NCBI GenBank assembly: GCA_051313645.2
Contig: JBNRSN020000003.1
Coordinates: forward strand, 195,052,001 to 195,116,000
Reading direction: 5' to 3'
DNA length: 64,000 nucleotides
DNA from: Centroscyllium fabricii
Lineage: Eukaryota
The first letter of the stretch is position 1, and every line of letters starts with the position of its first letter. The position numbers and the translations under genes were made by a program. The notes beneath the pieces were generated by a model. The model was not told where the DNA came from. It saw nothing but the letters and a program-made list of their open reading frames with translations, and did no database searches. Shown in pieces: positions 39,097 through 50,251 of the stretch.

Positions 39097-39507
39097 TTTT
39101 ATTTATTTATTCTTGGGATGTGGGTGTCGCTGGCAAGGCTGGCATTTATTCCCCACCCCTATTTGCCCTTGAGAGGTGGGCAGTTTGATACAACTGAATG
39201 GCTTGCTCGGCCACTCAGAGGGCGGTTAAGGGTCACCCACATTGGTGTGTTATTGGAGCCACATATAGACCAGATCAGGTAAAGCCTGCAGGTTTATTTC
39301 TCAAGGGCATTAGTGAACCAGTTGAGCTTTTACAGCAATCTGACAGCTTCAGGGTCAATATTACTGATACCAGTTTTTATTTCCAGATTTGTTAAAACTG
39401 AATTCAAATTCTCGAACTGCCATGGTGGGATCTGAACTCACATTCTGTGAATTATTAGTCCAGGTCTGTGGATTACTGGTCCAGTAACATAATCACTACA
39501 CAACTGC
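39097..39507 (-). mobile_element. tRNA-derived SINE with CR1-group LINE tail
   Basis: Minus-strand head GTGTAGTGATTATGTTACTGG..GAGTTCAGATCCCACC (A/B-box-like); tail matches the LINE end at 18706-18780. Confidence 0.7.
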
Positions 39508-40738
39508 ACCTATTTCTATCTCATCTTTGTCCCATGAGTTTTAAAATGTTTGAATTCAGTGAGTAACTCAATATAGCATATGATGAGTGATGAAAATATA
39601 GCATGATGAAATGAGCATGCGCATGCTGCATGCCATATTAAAGCCTTCAGTGCCCATTTCTTGCCCCAAAAATGGGCACTGCACAATCAAATTTTTAAGC
39701 ATAACAGCAGAAGACCAGTGGTAACACTGCAGGGGGCCAAAGTCGCTTGGTGGCCAGCAGAGATCACTGGGTAACCGCCTCCATTTATTACAATGTTTGA
39801 TCTTCTAAATGAGCACATTTGTCGGACAGTTACATGGTCATCCATATGTATTTTTGCTAGTTATTATTGCCCATGGATCCAACAGATCAGGCAGTCCTGG
39901 GTAGAGAAGGTTTAGCATATGTTGCTTCATTGACACTTGATTTATATTCTTTACTTTCAGTTTTATTCATCATATTACATATTTTTTAGGACATCTCAAT
40001 AAATAAATTTTTTAACCTTCTGCCTACTAAGTTCAGCTTTGGTTGCCAAACAATTATAAGTACAGAAGATAAGAAATGATTTACCATAATAATCCATCCT
40101 ATCTGAATAAAGGCTCTCCATACACATATTAAGCTTACTCTTTCAACCTCTCTCATCTGCATTCATGAAAGTACTGCTTAGGATCACTGGTGCACTGTAT
40201 TTGCAGGAATTTTGACATCTACCATGCAACCAACTCTAAAACAGTTATTAGAGGGGCTTTTGAGTGTTTAAAAGTCCAATGATAAGGTACAGGGCAAGAT
40301 TCAAATGCATGTCTATGTAATATCAACCATCAGATAATAGGATTACTGTGGCAGGACATCTTTTATTTTCCTTCAGTTGGTAATGTTAATGAAGCATTAA
40401 TATATGTTTGGACTTAAATGTAACATACAACAAATAAATCCAAGCTTGCACTCACTAGAATAATTACATAGCCGATTAAATTATATTTAATTCATATTGC
40501 TGTGATAGGGGATGCCCTTCAAGGTTGGGGTTAAGGCATATAATTGAGGCAAAGTAAAGGGAGCTTCACTTTATGTCTGAACATGCTGTGTGAATTTCAC
40601 CTGGGAGTATTTGATGTGGACACGGTGAAAAAAATTGAAAATATTCAAAGGTGACATTCCTTACCTTAATAAGCACAACTCTCACCAAAAAAAACCCCAA
40701 AGTACTGTAATGACATCAGGTCTTGGTGTATTGAAACA

Positions 40739-41234
40739 CAGGTCCGGCACCGTTAATCTGGACACCATTAATCCGGAAACTTCAGTCATCCGGCACGAAT
40801 CCGGCCGACTGGTCTGTGCATGCGCAAAAAGGCCACCGCTCTTGGCTGCGCATGCCCGGGCCTCTCCCCGACTGGTCTGCTCATGTGCAATATGGCCGCT
40901 GCTCTTGGCTGCGCATGCCCGGGCCTCTGCCCAACTGGTCTGGCATGCGCAAAATGGCCACCGCGCTTGGCTGCACATGCCCGGGCCTCTCCCCGACTGG
41001 TCTGCACATGCGCAAAGTGGCCACCACGCTTGGCTGCACATGCCCGGGCCTCTCCGTGAACAATTGATACTTTGGCGAGCGTCTGTGCAGACCATTCAAA
41101 ATGGCTACCGGCGTGCACGGTGGCCATTTTGAATGGTCTGTGCATGCGCTCACCGAAGCTTCAATCGTTCGGATTTTTCACTAGTCCGGCACCGGCCTGG
41201 TCCTGACAGTGCCGGATTAACGGTGTCGGACCTG
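40739..41234. mobile_element. Tc1/mariner-pogo (Tigger-like) MITE with internal 63-bp minisatellite
   Basis: TIRs CAGGTCCGGCACCGTTAATC / GATTAACGGTGTCGGACCTG; flanks CA/TA; four ~63-bp units starting 40806, 40869, 40932, 40994. Confidence 0.82.
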
Positions 41235-41444
41235 TACATCAATTGTTGTGCTTTGAAAGTGTGAACCTCAAACAGTGAATTACAAGGTATTTTTGGCTCA
41301 TAATATATCAAGCAGTTTTAGTGAATAACTATGCTCAGGGAATTCTTTATCCTGCAAAAGCTTTCTCTCGATAAGCAAGATTATTATCTACAGCTTCTAG
41401 GAATATTAATCATGATAGGGCTGTTATTTGTAGTGCTAGAACAG

Positions 41445-41612
41445 ATTATCTGGTCATTATCATATTGCTGTTTGTGGGAGCTTGCTGTGCGCTGTGTTTC
41501 CTACATTACGACAATGACTACGCTTCAAAAGGTACTTCATTTGGTGTAAAGCACTTTAGGGCGTTTGGTGGTCATGAAATGCGTTATATAAATACAAGTC
41601 TTTCTTTCTTTC
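41445..41612 (+). mobile_element. Old SINE 3' part (DeuSINE/SacSINE1-like)
   Basis: TTGCTGTTTGTGGGAGCTTGCTGTGCG..TGTAAAGCACTTT..TATATAAATACAAGTCTTTCTTTC resembles that family's tail (recalled, not searched). Confidence 0.6.
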
Positions 41613-41696
41613 TTTATTTCTTGCTTCTTAAAATCACCTTGTATGGACTTGCTATCTTATTTCGCCTGTTCATTAAAGGATGAGTAAATACATACA

Positions 41697-44600
41697 TGTA
41701 GTGCTTGCAGGACCCAAGAACCACACAGGAGCCAGAGAGACAGATAACACTCATTTAATTACATTACTAAGCAAGAAAGAGACTGAACCACGAGGGGCAG
41801 GCTTATTTAAACTGCCCGCTTAGTGACCTCATCACGCCGAGAGACGTGGTGACATCATCGCGTCACCCGGTGGGCGGGGCTATGCCCCGCAGACTCCCGA
41901 GGCGGATTCGCCAGTCTGGTGTGCCGCCACACAGCTCCCCCCCAGAATCCGTCCGAGAGGAGAAAGAGTCTATGTGAGGCGTTGTGGTGGCCGTAAGATG
42001 CGGCCGGCACATGTCGTGCGTTGCTCCTCGTTCTGCGGTGGAGTGTGGGCGGGTGTTGGTGCGGGAGGGCGTCCGCGTTGAGGTGGTTGGGCGGGGACTG
42101 TTGCGTCGCCCGCTATAATGTGTGCCGGTTTTAGCCGGTCTATAGAGACAGTTTCTGTACGATTGCCCAGCTGTAGCTGAAAAGCTTTTGGTCCCGCCCG
42201 AAGCACTCTGTAGGGGCCGTCATAAGTTGGCTGTAGTGGTGAGCGATGGGCATCGTGCCGGACAAACACGTACTTCGCGTTTTTGATGCTGTCCGGTACA
42301 CGTGCTGCCGGCTCTCCGTGCCGGGCCACCGGTAAGGGTTTGAACGCTCGTGCCGGGTTGGCGAAGTCCTTGAGGAACTGGTCGGCCGACCAGGGAGCGT
42401 TTGGTTCGGCGAGGAACTCGCCCGGCACTGTTAAAGTTTGGCCGTAGACGAGTTCTGCTGCTGAGGCGTGTAGATCTTCTTTGGCCGCCGAGCGCAGCCC
42501 GAGCAGTACCCACGGAAGACGGTCGGTCCATGATGCGTCTTTGAGGCTGGCCCGCAGGGATGCTTTCAAAGAGCGATGGAACCGTTCGCAGAGCCCGTTA
42601 GATTGTGGGTGGTATGCGGTGGTTCGATGTAGGGTTACCCCGAGGTCGCGGGCGATGGCCGCCCATAGTGCCGACGTAAATTGGGGACCTCTGCCCGACG
42701 TGATGTCGGTGGGCACGCCGAAACGGGCGACCCAGGTGGCGATGAACGCCCTGGCCAAGTCCGTGGTGCTGGTAGCAACGAGGGGGATTGCTTCTGGCCA
42801 GCGAGTGTTGCGGTCGACCATGGTCATGACGTGTGTGTGGCCCCGGGATGGCGGTAGTGGTCCGACATGGACGTGGTCGAAGCGTCTGGCCGGCATGGTG
42901 AAAGTTTCCAGCGGTGCCTTGATGTGCTTGTGCACCTTGGCGCGCTGGCAGGCAATGCAGGCGTTGGTCCAGGCGCGGACGTCTTTGCGTAGGCCGCGCC
43001 ACACGAAACGGGCCGAAATTAGTTTGATGGAAGCGCGGGTGCCGGGGTGGGACAGGCCATGGAGGGTCTCGAAAATGTGTCGCCTCCATGCGTGGGGGAC
43101 GACGGGTCTGGGCTGCGGTAAGGAAACGTCGCAGCAGACTACGGTGGCCGCGGGGCCATGTGCGATTTTGGCCAAGCGTAGGCCAGGGAGGTTTCCTGCT
43201 GGGTCGAGCAGGTCTGGGTCCGCCAGCTGGTCTGATGCCAGCTTGGCGTAATCGACCGCCATTTGGGCGGCGTTAATTGCGGGACGTGACAGGCAGTCAG
43301 CAACCACGTTGTCGCGGCCGGAGATATGTTGGATGTCGGTAGTGAACTCCGACACGGCTGCGAGTTGGCGCTGCTGCCTGGCCGACCAGGGTTCGGCGAT
43401 CTTAGCCATTGCAAAAATGAGCGGCTTGTGATCGACGAAAGCTGTGAAGGGACGGCCCTCCAGGAGGAAGCGAAAATGGTGCACTGCGAGGTAGAGAGTG
43501 AGGAGCTCCCTGTCGAAGGCGCTGTACTTAACCTCTGGGGGCCGAAGTTGCCGGCTGAAAAAGGCCAGGGGCTGCCAGGAGTTGCCCGTCCACTGTTCAA
43601 AAACGGCCCCGACAGCGTGGTCGGAGGCGAAAGTGGTGAGGGCCACTCTGGCGTTGGGCCTGGGGTGGGCTAGGAGGGTGGCTCTGGCCAGGGCGGTTTT
43701 GGTTGCGGTAAAGGCGGTGGCGGCGTCGGCCGTCCACTCGACCGCAGTTTTGCCGGACTGCCCGCGTGTGGCCTGGTATAGGGGGGCCATGAGAGCGGCT
43801 GCTCCTGGGATGAAGCGGTTATAGAAATTAACCATCCCGAGGAATTCCTGCAGGCCCTTAATGGAGTGCGGGCGGGGGAATTCCTGAACTGCCTGCACCT
43901 TGGAGGGCAGGGGTATGGCCCCGGTTTTGGAAATGCGGTGGCCGAGGAAGTCTATGGTCTCGAGGCCGAATTTGCATTTAGAGGGGCTTAATATGAGGCC
44001 GTGTTCGGTGAGGTGCTGGAACAGGGTCCTGAGGTGCAGGAGGTGCTCCTGGGGTGAGGCGCTGGCCACGAGGATGTCATCTAAGTAGACGAAAATGAAC
44101 TGCAAGTCCCGTAGGACCGAGTCCATTAGGCGCTGAAAGGCCTGGGCCGCGTTTTTGAGTCCAAAGGGCATCCTAAGGAACTCGAAGAGGCCGAAGGGGG
44201 TAATTACGGCTGTCTTGGGGCAATCCCCCGGGTGCACCGGGACCTAGTGGTAGCCACGCACCAGGTCGATCTTAGAGAAGATCGTGCAGCCTGCTAGCCT
44301 GGCGGAGAAATCCTGGATGTGGGGTACGGGGTACCTATCCGGGGTAGTGGCGTTGTTGAGGCAGCGGTAGTCGCCGCAGGGGCGCCAGCCTCCGCCCGGC
44401 TTGGGGGCGATGTGGAGGGGAGAGGCCCAGGGGCCCAGGATTATGCCGAGTTGCTCCATGGTGCGGAACTCGGTGCGCGCAATCTCCAGCTTGGCCGGGT
44501 CCAGCCTGCGGGCGTGGGCATGCACGAGAGGGCCGGAGGTGGTGATAAAATGTTCCACCCCGTGTTTGGCTGTGTGGGCGGTGAAGGTGGGGTTGGTAAG

Positions 44601-46089
44601 GGTTGGGAACTCTGCGAGGAGCGTGCCGTATGCATCAGAGTTCCGGGCGCGGCATTGTGCCGCCGCGTGGGCCAGGAGTGCAGGCCCTGTGGAGCATGGG
44701 ATGGTCGACATGTTGTGAATGTCGACTAGGCGGCGCCGGGTCATGTCGACCAGGAGGCCGTGGGTGCAGAGGAAATCTGCCCCGAGGAGGGGTGAAGTGA
44801 CCTGGGCCGTGACAAAGTCCCAGTGATACGTGTGGCCGGCAAGCTTGATTGTGAGCTTGCAGGTGCCGTACGTCTTAATATCAGAGCCGTTGGCCGCTGC
44901 GAGTGGCGGGCCTCGGGTGCCTTTTTTGGCTTCTGCTGGGGAGGCTGGCACGATGCTGTGCTGTGCGCCTGTGTCGCAGAGGAACCGGAAGCCTGTGCCG
45001 CTGTCTGTGACATAGAGCAGTGCTCCGGTGTGTCCTACAGACATGGTGGGGGCTGGGCCGGGCCGTGGCTTGAATGTGCAGGGCTGTACGCTTTAGTGTC
45101 GAACCGCGTGTGGTAGTAGCACCAGCCGGTGCTTGATGGACGCAGTTGCCTGGGCGGGCGCGGGGGCCTGGGTTCAGGCGTTGGGTTGGACCTGGGGGGC
45201 GAGTGGTTGTGCTCGATAGCTGCGGCATTAAGGTCGCACGTGGTGGAGTGGGTGCGCTCGGCCGCCATGAGCCTGTCGGCTTCCTCGGCTAGCTCGTCCC
45301 CGCTCCGGTGGCAGAGGGCCGCCAGGGCCGGTCTGATGGAGCGGGGTAGTTTAAGGAGGAATATGGTGCGGGACAGGGAGGCGGGATCGGCGGTGAGCGC
45401 TTGCATTTGGCCCCAAAGGTCCGATGGGTCTGCGTCCCCGAGTTCGGGGAGGTTAAGGAGCTGGCAGTCGCGCTCGAATTGGGAGGAGGTAAATTTTTTA
45501 AGTAGCGCGGCCTTGAGGATCTCATACCTGCCTGCTGCGGGCACGCGCGGTAGCTTCGACCACAACCGATCGATTGTCGATTGCGGTAGGGCCGAAAAGA
45601 CCAGGTCGTAGCGGTCGTCCCCCTGGATGCCATGTGTGCGGCAGCTGGTCTCTATGCACATGAACCAGGCTGCCGGGCGTTGCTCCCAGAACTCCGGTAG
45701 GGTTAGTCTGTGCCCGAAGTTCTGGCCAAGTCCTTGTGATCGAGAAGCTTGGTTCCTTGAAGACATGTTGCTTTTTAAAGTGTTCTGAGGCTGCTTGGTT
45801 TTTAGTCCTGTAGCTGCTGTTTTCTCCTTGGAAGACGTTCCAAGTCGGGGTCACCACTGTAGCGCTTGCAGGACCCAAGAACCACACAGGAGCCGGAGAG
45901 ACAGATAACACTCGTTTAATTACATTACTAAGCAAGAAAGAGACTGAACCACGGGCAGGCTTATTTAAACTGCCCGCTTAGTGACCTCATCACGCCGAGA
46001 GACGTGGTGACGTCATCGCGTCACCCGGTGGGCAGGGCTATGCCCCGCAGACTCCCGAGGCGGATTCGCCAGTCTGGTGTGCCGCCACA
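41697..46089 (-). mobile_element. Full-length Gypsy, CsRN1-type (copy C); 5' LTR 45858-46089, 3' LTR 41697-41931
   Basis: TSD TACA; PBS TGGTGACCCCGAC (45844-45856, tRNA-Trp); PPT; LTRs differ by a 3-bp indel and a few transitions. Confidence 0.97.
41970..45766 (-). pseudogene. gag-pol of copy C, disrupted
   Basis: ORFs 45035-45766, 44244-45044 and 41970-44237; small deletions; RNase H TDAS>TFAS and integrase SDRG>SGRG substitutions. Confidence 0.93.
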
Positions 46090-47852
46090 TACATAACATT
46101 TTTGTAGCTCTATTGTGTGGCAGTAATGAGAAGAAACGTAATTAAAATACTGTTTTCCCACAATTCACCTTATGTTTCATGAGCTTACCTTGATATCATA
46201 TTAGTATATTATCTTACTTTTTCCTAGAATTTTCTTGTACATCATCATGTTATGACTATTGTCATGGTGTGCAGATGCACCAAAGCATAGGTAATTACAC
46301 CTAATTATAAATGATTAAAAAGCTTTGGTTCATAAAATAATAATGACACTTGATTACATTTTAATTTAAGGCATAAAATTCTCAACTTCAAATTTTGCAA
46401 CCAGATTTGTTTACAGTCGTGGTGATAATAGGGGAACAATCCACTCACCTGTCTTCATAGTACTTGATGTTTGTCATTAAAAGATTAACATTATTACAAG
46501 CCTTTGGGAGTATATTAACCAGTTTTTAATTTGGTAATTCAAAATACAAAATATAATGCAATAAATTAATCGGATTAACACTTTTTCATGAATAATAACC
46601 TGATTATTACATTGTACTTTTAATTTTTTTTAATGAAATCCTTGGAAGGATGCAAGGGTTATACATGAAAACATCAATCTGTGCAAGAATATATGCAAAA
46701 CAAAATTTAAACCAGACGTTTCTAGAATATGTTCAAAGGAAAAAACACCACCCAGCCAGCAGGGACAGCTAGATAATTATAAATGATCTGCCTTACAGAT
46801 GAGGCCCTACCAAAGAAGTGGTTAAGAATCTAACTTGAGACCGAGATTTGTAAGGAAACAGCTACATCACTTTGCCAGCAAATGGTTCTGAATACTGCAT
46901 TGTGACTGTATGATTCAGTGTGATGTATTCAGAAAGTTGACTGCCAAGAGTATACAAGATCAAACTTTCTCGTCAGTGCACAAAATGTTTTTATCAGGCC
47001 TCTTCTTGAAATGGTATGATGTCACCATTTTCCTGGCAACGCCATTGGGACAGTTGCACTGGCAACATATCTCATTTCAGTCTGCTTAGTCGTCTAAAAC
47101 ATTCTTTGGTCTTCTGATGGGCACCATTCCAATTCTCAAACTACGCTGGTTCTATAACCACCAGTGTGTCAGGTCGATACGTACATATATTGCATTTTGT
47201 AAGACATCTTGTCAATAAACCATTCTAAGGTGAGTCAGGTCATTATTTAATGTGTAGCCAATACTCATTATTTTGATTAATTAAATTTTACTGCAGATTT
47301 TGCAAATAGAGGTTTATAAATCTTGATTGACTTTTAAATCTACTTAGCCAGGTACTGATATTGACACAAGTTTTAACACCATGGTATAGTTTCTTCTTTT
47401 AAAAAGAAAAGTTTTCTTATGCAGTTATTTTAAATTTTTGACACATACCAATCAAAATTATAGTTAGTGGCTGGTTTCTTCCCACTGAATGTTGTGGTAT
47501 TGGCAGAAGAAGCTAATATGACTCACCTGAAGTAGTGCAGTTCAGCTGTGAAATAAGCAAACCTTAGTGGAAATTTCCCAGCTAGGTTATTGCAAATTTA
47601 TTCAGAAAGTTGACTGCCAAGATTACACAAGTTCAAACTTTCTCATCAGTGCACAAAATGTCTTTACCAGGCCCCTTCTCGAAATGATATGATGTCACCA
47701 TTTTCCTGACAACACCTTTGAGACAGTTGCACTGGCAACGTATCTCATTTCAAAGCGATAGCAAAATACTGCGGATGCTGGAAATCTGAAACAACAACAG
47801 AAACCGCTGGAGAAACTCAACAGGCCAGGCAGCATCGGTGGAGAGAGAAACA

Positions 47853-47892
47853 GAGTTAACGTTTCAGGTTGATGACCTTTCTTCAGAACTGG
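47853..47892 (-). ncRNA. Minimal type-I hammerhead ribozyme
   Basis: Minus: AGTT-CTGAAGA-AAGGTCATCAACCT-GAAACGTT-AACT; stems AGTT/AACT and AGGT/ACCT, palindromic ACGT. Confidence 0.72.
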
Positions 47893-47955
47893 AGAGGGGA
47901 TAGATTTGCAAGCTGGTGGGGGCTGGGCTCACCAGCTTTCAAATCTCTGCCCTCT

Positions 47956-47995
47956 CCAGTTCTGAAGAAAGGCCATCAACCTGAAACGTTAACTC
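47956..47995 (+). ncRNA. Minimal type-I hammerhead ribozyme
   Basis: Plus: AGTT-CTGAAGA-AAGGCCATCAACCT-GAAACGTT-AACT. Confidence 0.68.
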
Positions 47996-47996
47996 T

Positions 47997-48876
47997 GGGG
48001 GGGATTTTTGGAGGTCCCTGAGTGTGGGTTTCCGGCAGGGTGAGGTCTAAAATCACAAATCCGGCGGGCGGGAACCCACCCCGCCGGATCCCCGCCGATT
48101 TGTCAGTTTCCTCGGGCGCCGGCGGGGATGCTCAATGAGCTCCTTGAGGGCCTTTAATTGGATAGGTAATCATATTTTAAGGGCCCTCAGCTATTTTCAC
48201 CCTCTTCCCACCCAAAACCCGCCTAGTGGGAACCCCGCCATTGAAAGGTGGTGGGCAGCCAATCAGCTGGTTGACTGCCACCTTCAAGGCATGGGCACAG
48301 TAGCCACACAGCAGCTTGCTAGCCTCTACCATGCTGGAGGTGCAGCTGCCACCCAAGGGTGCTAAAATGCAGTGCCTCAAAAAGTAGAGACCACTCACCT
48401 TCATCTGCATCCCAGCCATTCACAGAGATCGTGCTGCCAGCACTGTCTGTGAAGCAAGCTGTCAATCACCCAGGGGATCAGTTTCTGTTTACATTCCATT
48501 GAAACCACAAACGAACAGTGAACCACTTGAACTGTTTGCTTTGTGGTTACAATGTTTGCTTTGGCCTGTGAGAGCACCTCTGTCAACATTGAAACAAAGC
48601 AACCACTTCAGAACTGTCAATCAGGTTTAGTGGTTTCTGAGCTACTACAACTCTTCAGGCCTGTCAATCAAAAGCCCGCCCCCATTCAGAATCTGCAAGG
48701 ACGCCCCACGCTACCTGACTGAGAAGTGTGTATTCAAAACGGTGCTGACCGACAGGGATTTAAGTGGCCAATTAAGGCAAAATCGTGCGGCCATCCCAGG
48801 TCCTTGGGTGGGCGGGCCAGAAAGCTGACCCGCCCAAAACCCGCCAGCTTCACACACCTTTGTGAAAATCCCCCCC
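47997..48876. mobile_element. MITE, Harbinger-type
   Basis: TIRs GGGGGGGATTTT / AAAATCCCCCCC; TSD TCT. Confidence 0.88.
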
Positions 48877-49706
48877 TCTGTTTCTCTATCCACCAATGAT
48901 ATCTCATTTCAATCTGCTTAGTTGTCTAAAACAATTTGACCTCCTTCTCCAACCTGACTATTGAGCCCTCCTTATCTGACCTGACCTGACCTGTCCTGAC
49001 TACTGCTGTCAGCCCTTCTCACCCAACCTGACTTTCTTGGTCCCGATGGCACCCTTTTTCACCTAAACCAACATCTAGGCCTGGATTTTAGCCTCGAGGT
49101 GAGTTCTGTGTGGGTGGGGGGCAGCTGTTGTAAGGTTCGAAACAGGTTTCCTGAATGACCTGCAGGAATTAACGGCAATGCTACTTTAAGTGGGGTTCCT
49201 GCCCACAGGCAGCCTGATTGACAGGCTGGAGGCCTTTTGGGTGGGAAGCCTGCTTCACAAGGCTGAAGCCTACGACAGCAGTTGGGGTGTATTGGAGGAG
49301 TCCAAATCGCGGAGGGGTCCGGATCGCAGGGGAGCCCGATTGTAGGGCAGGGTGTCTGATGGTGGTCTGGTAAGGTCCGACTATGAGGGGGTGGTCCGAT
49401 CATGGTCAGGTTGTACAATGGTGGTGGGGGGAACAGGAAGATTGCTGGGGGTTGGGGGGGGGGGACGGGAGTGATTACTGGGTAGCTTGTTTGGCCTGGA
49501 TGAAATTCCCCTGCCCCTCCTGACCAACAAGCAGTGCTGTAAAGGCACTTACCTCATGGAGGCAGCCCTTTTTGCCTGCTTTCAGTCACCAAGTTTCCCG
49601 AGGCCTGGCAAATCTGGCCACCTGTGGTTAGAAATAGATTCACTGTTAAAATGAACGGAGTGATAATTTGCACGGCGCTTTTTGAATCCTTCTGCGCATG
49701 CAGCAG

Positions 49707-50251
49707 ATCAGAGGGGGAGGGAGAGGGGAGAGAGAGAGAGGATCAGAGGGGGAAGAGAGAGGATCAGAGGGGGCGAGAGAGAGGATCGGGGGAGAGAGAG
49801 GGGAGAGAGAGAGGATCAGAGGGGGAGGAGAGGATCGAGGGGGAGAGAGAGCGGATGGGGGGGGGAGAGAGAGGATCAAAGGGGGAGAGAGAGGGGAGGG
49901 AGAGAGGGAGGACCAGAGGGGGAGAGAGAGAGGATCAGAGGGGGAGAGAGAGGAGCTCAGAGGGGGTAGTAAGAGGGGAGAGAGAGGGGAGAGAGAGAGA
50001 GGATCAGAGGGGAGAGAAAGAGGGGAGAGAGGGGAGGGAGAGAGGGGAAGGGGAGAGAGAGGGTAGAGAGAGGATCGAGGGGGAGAGAGAGGATCAAAGG
50101 TGGAGAGAGAGAGGAGGGGGAGAGAGGGGAGAGAGAGAGAGAGAGGATCGAGTGGGAGGGTGAGAGGATCAAGGGGGGAGAGTGAGAGGATCGGGGAGAG
50201 ATGGAGGAGAGAGAGCGAGAGGATCAGGGGGGGAGAGAGGGAGGAGAGGGG
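49707..50251. repeat. Purine-rich degenerate minisatellite
   Basis: Repeated GAGAGGATC(A)GAGGGGG(AG)n units. Confidence 0.92.

Larger units (their letters stand above)
47754..48899. mobile_element. Fold-back Penelope pLTR insertion (contains MITE 47997-48876)
   Basis: pLTR sequence on minus (47760-47918) followed by its inverted copy; TSD TATCTCATTTCA(A) at 47741 and 48900. Confidence 0.85.
46927..48931 (+). repeat. Diverged ~175-bp direct duplication (46927-47101; 47600-47752 plus 48900-48931)
   Basis: ATTCAGAAAGTTGACTGCCAAGA..TATCTCATTTCA.TCTGCTTAGT.GTCTAAAAC occurs twice; the second copy is split by an insertion. Confidence 0.88.

Noticed and set aside
46790-47235. Possible exon (NYAGSITTSVSGR kringle-like peptide, AG|GTGAGT donor)
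   Set aside because: All frames contain stops and the conserved kringle Cys/Trp residues are absent; more likely a decayed repeat.
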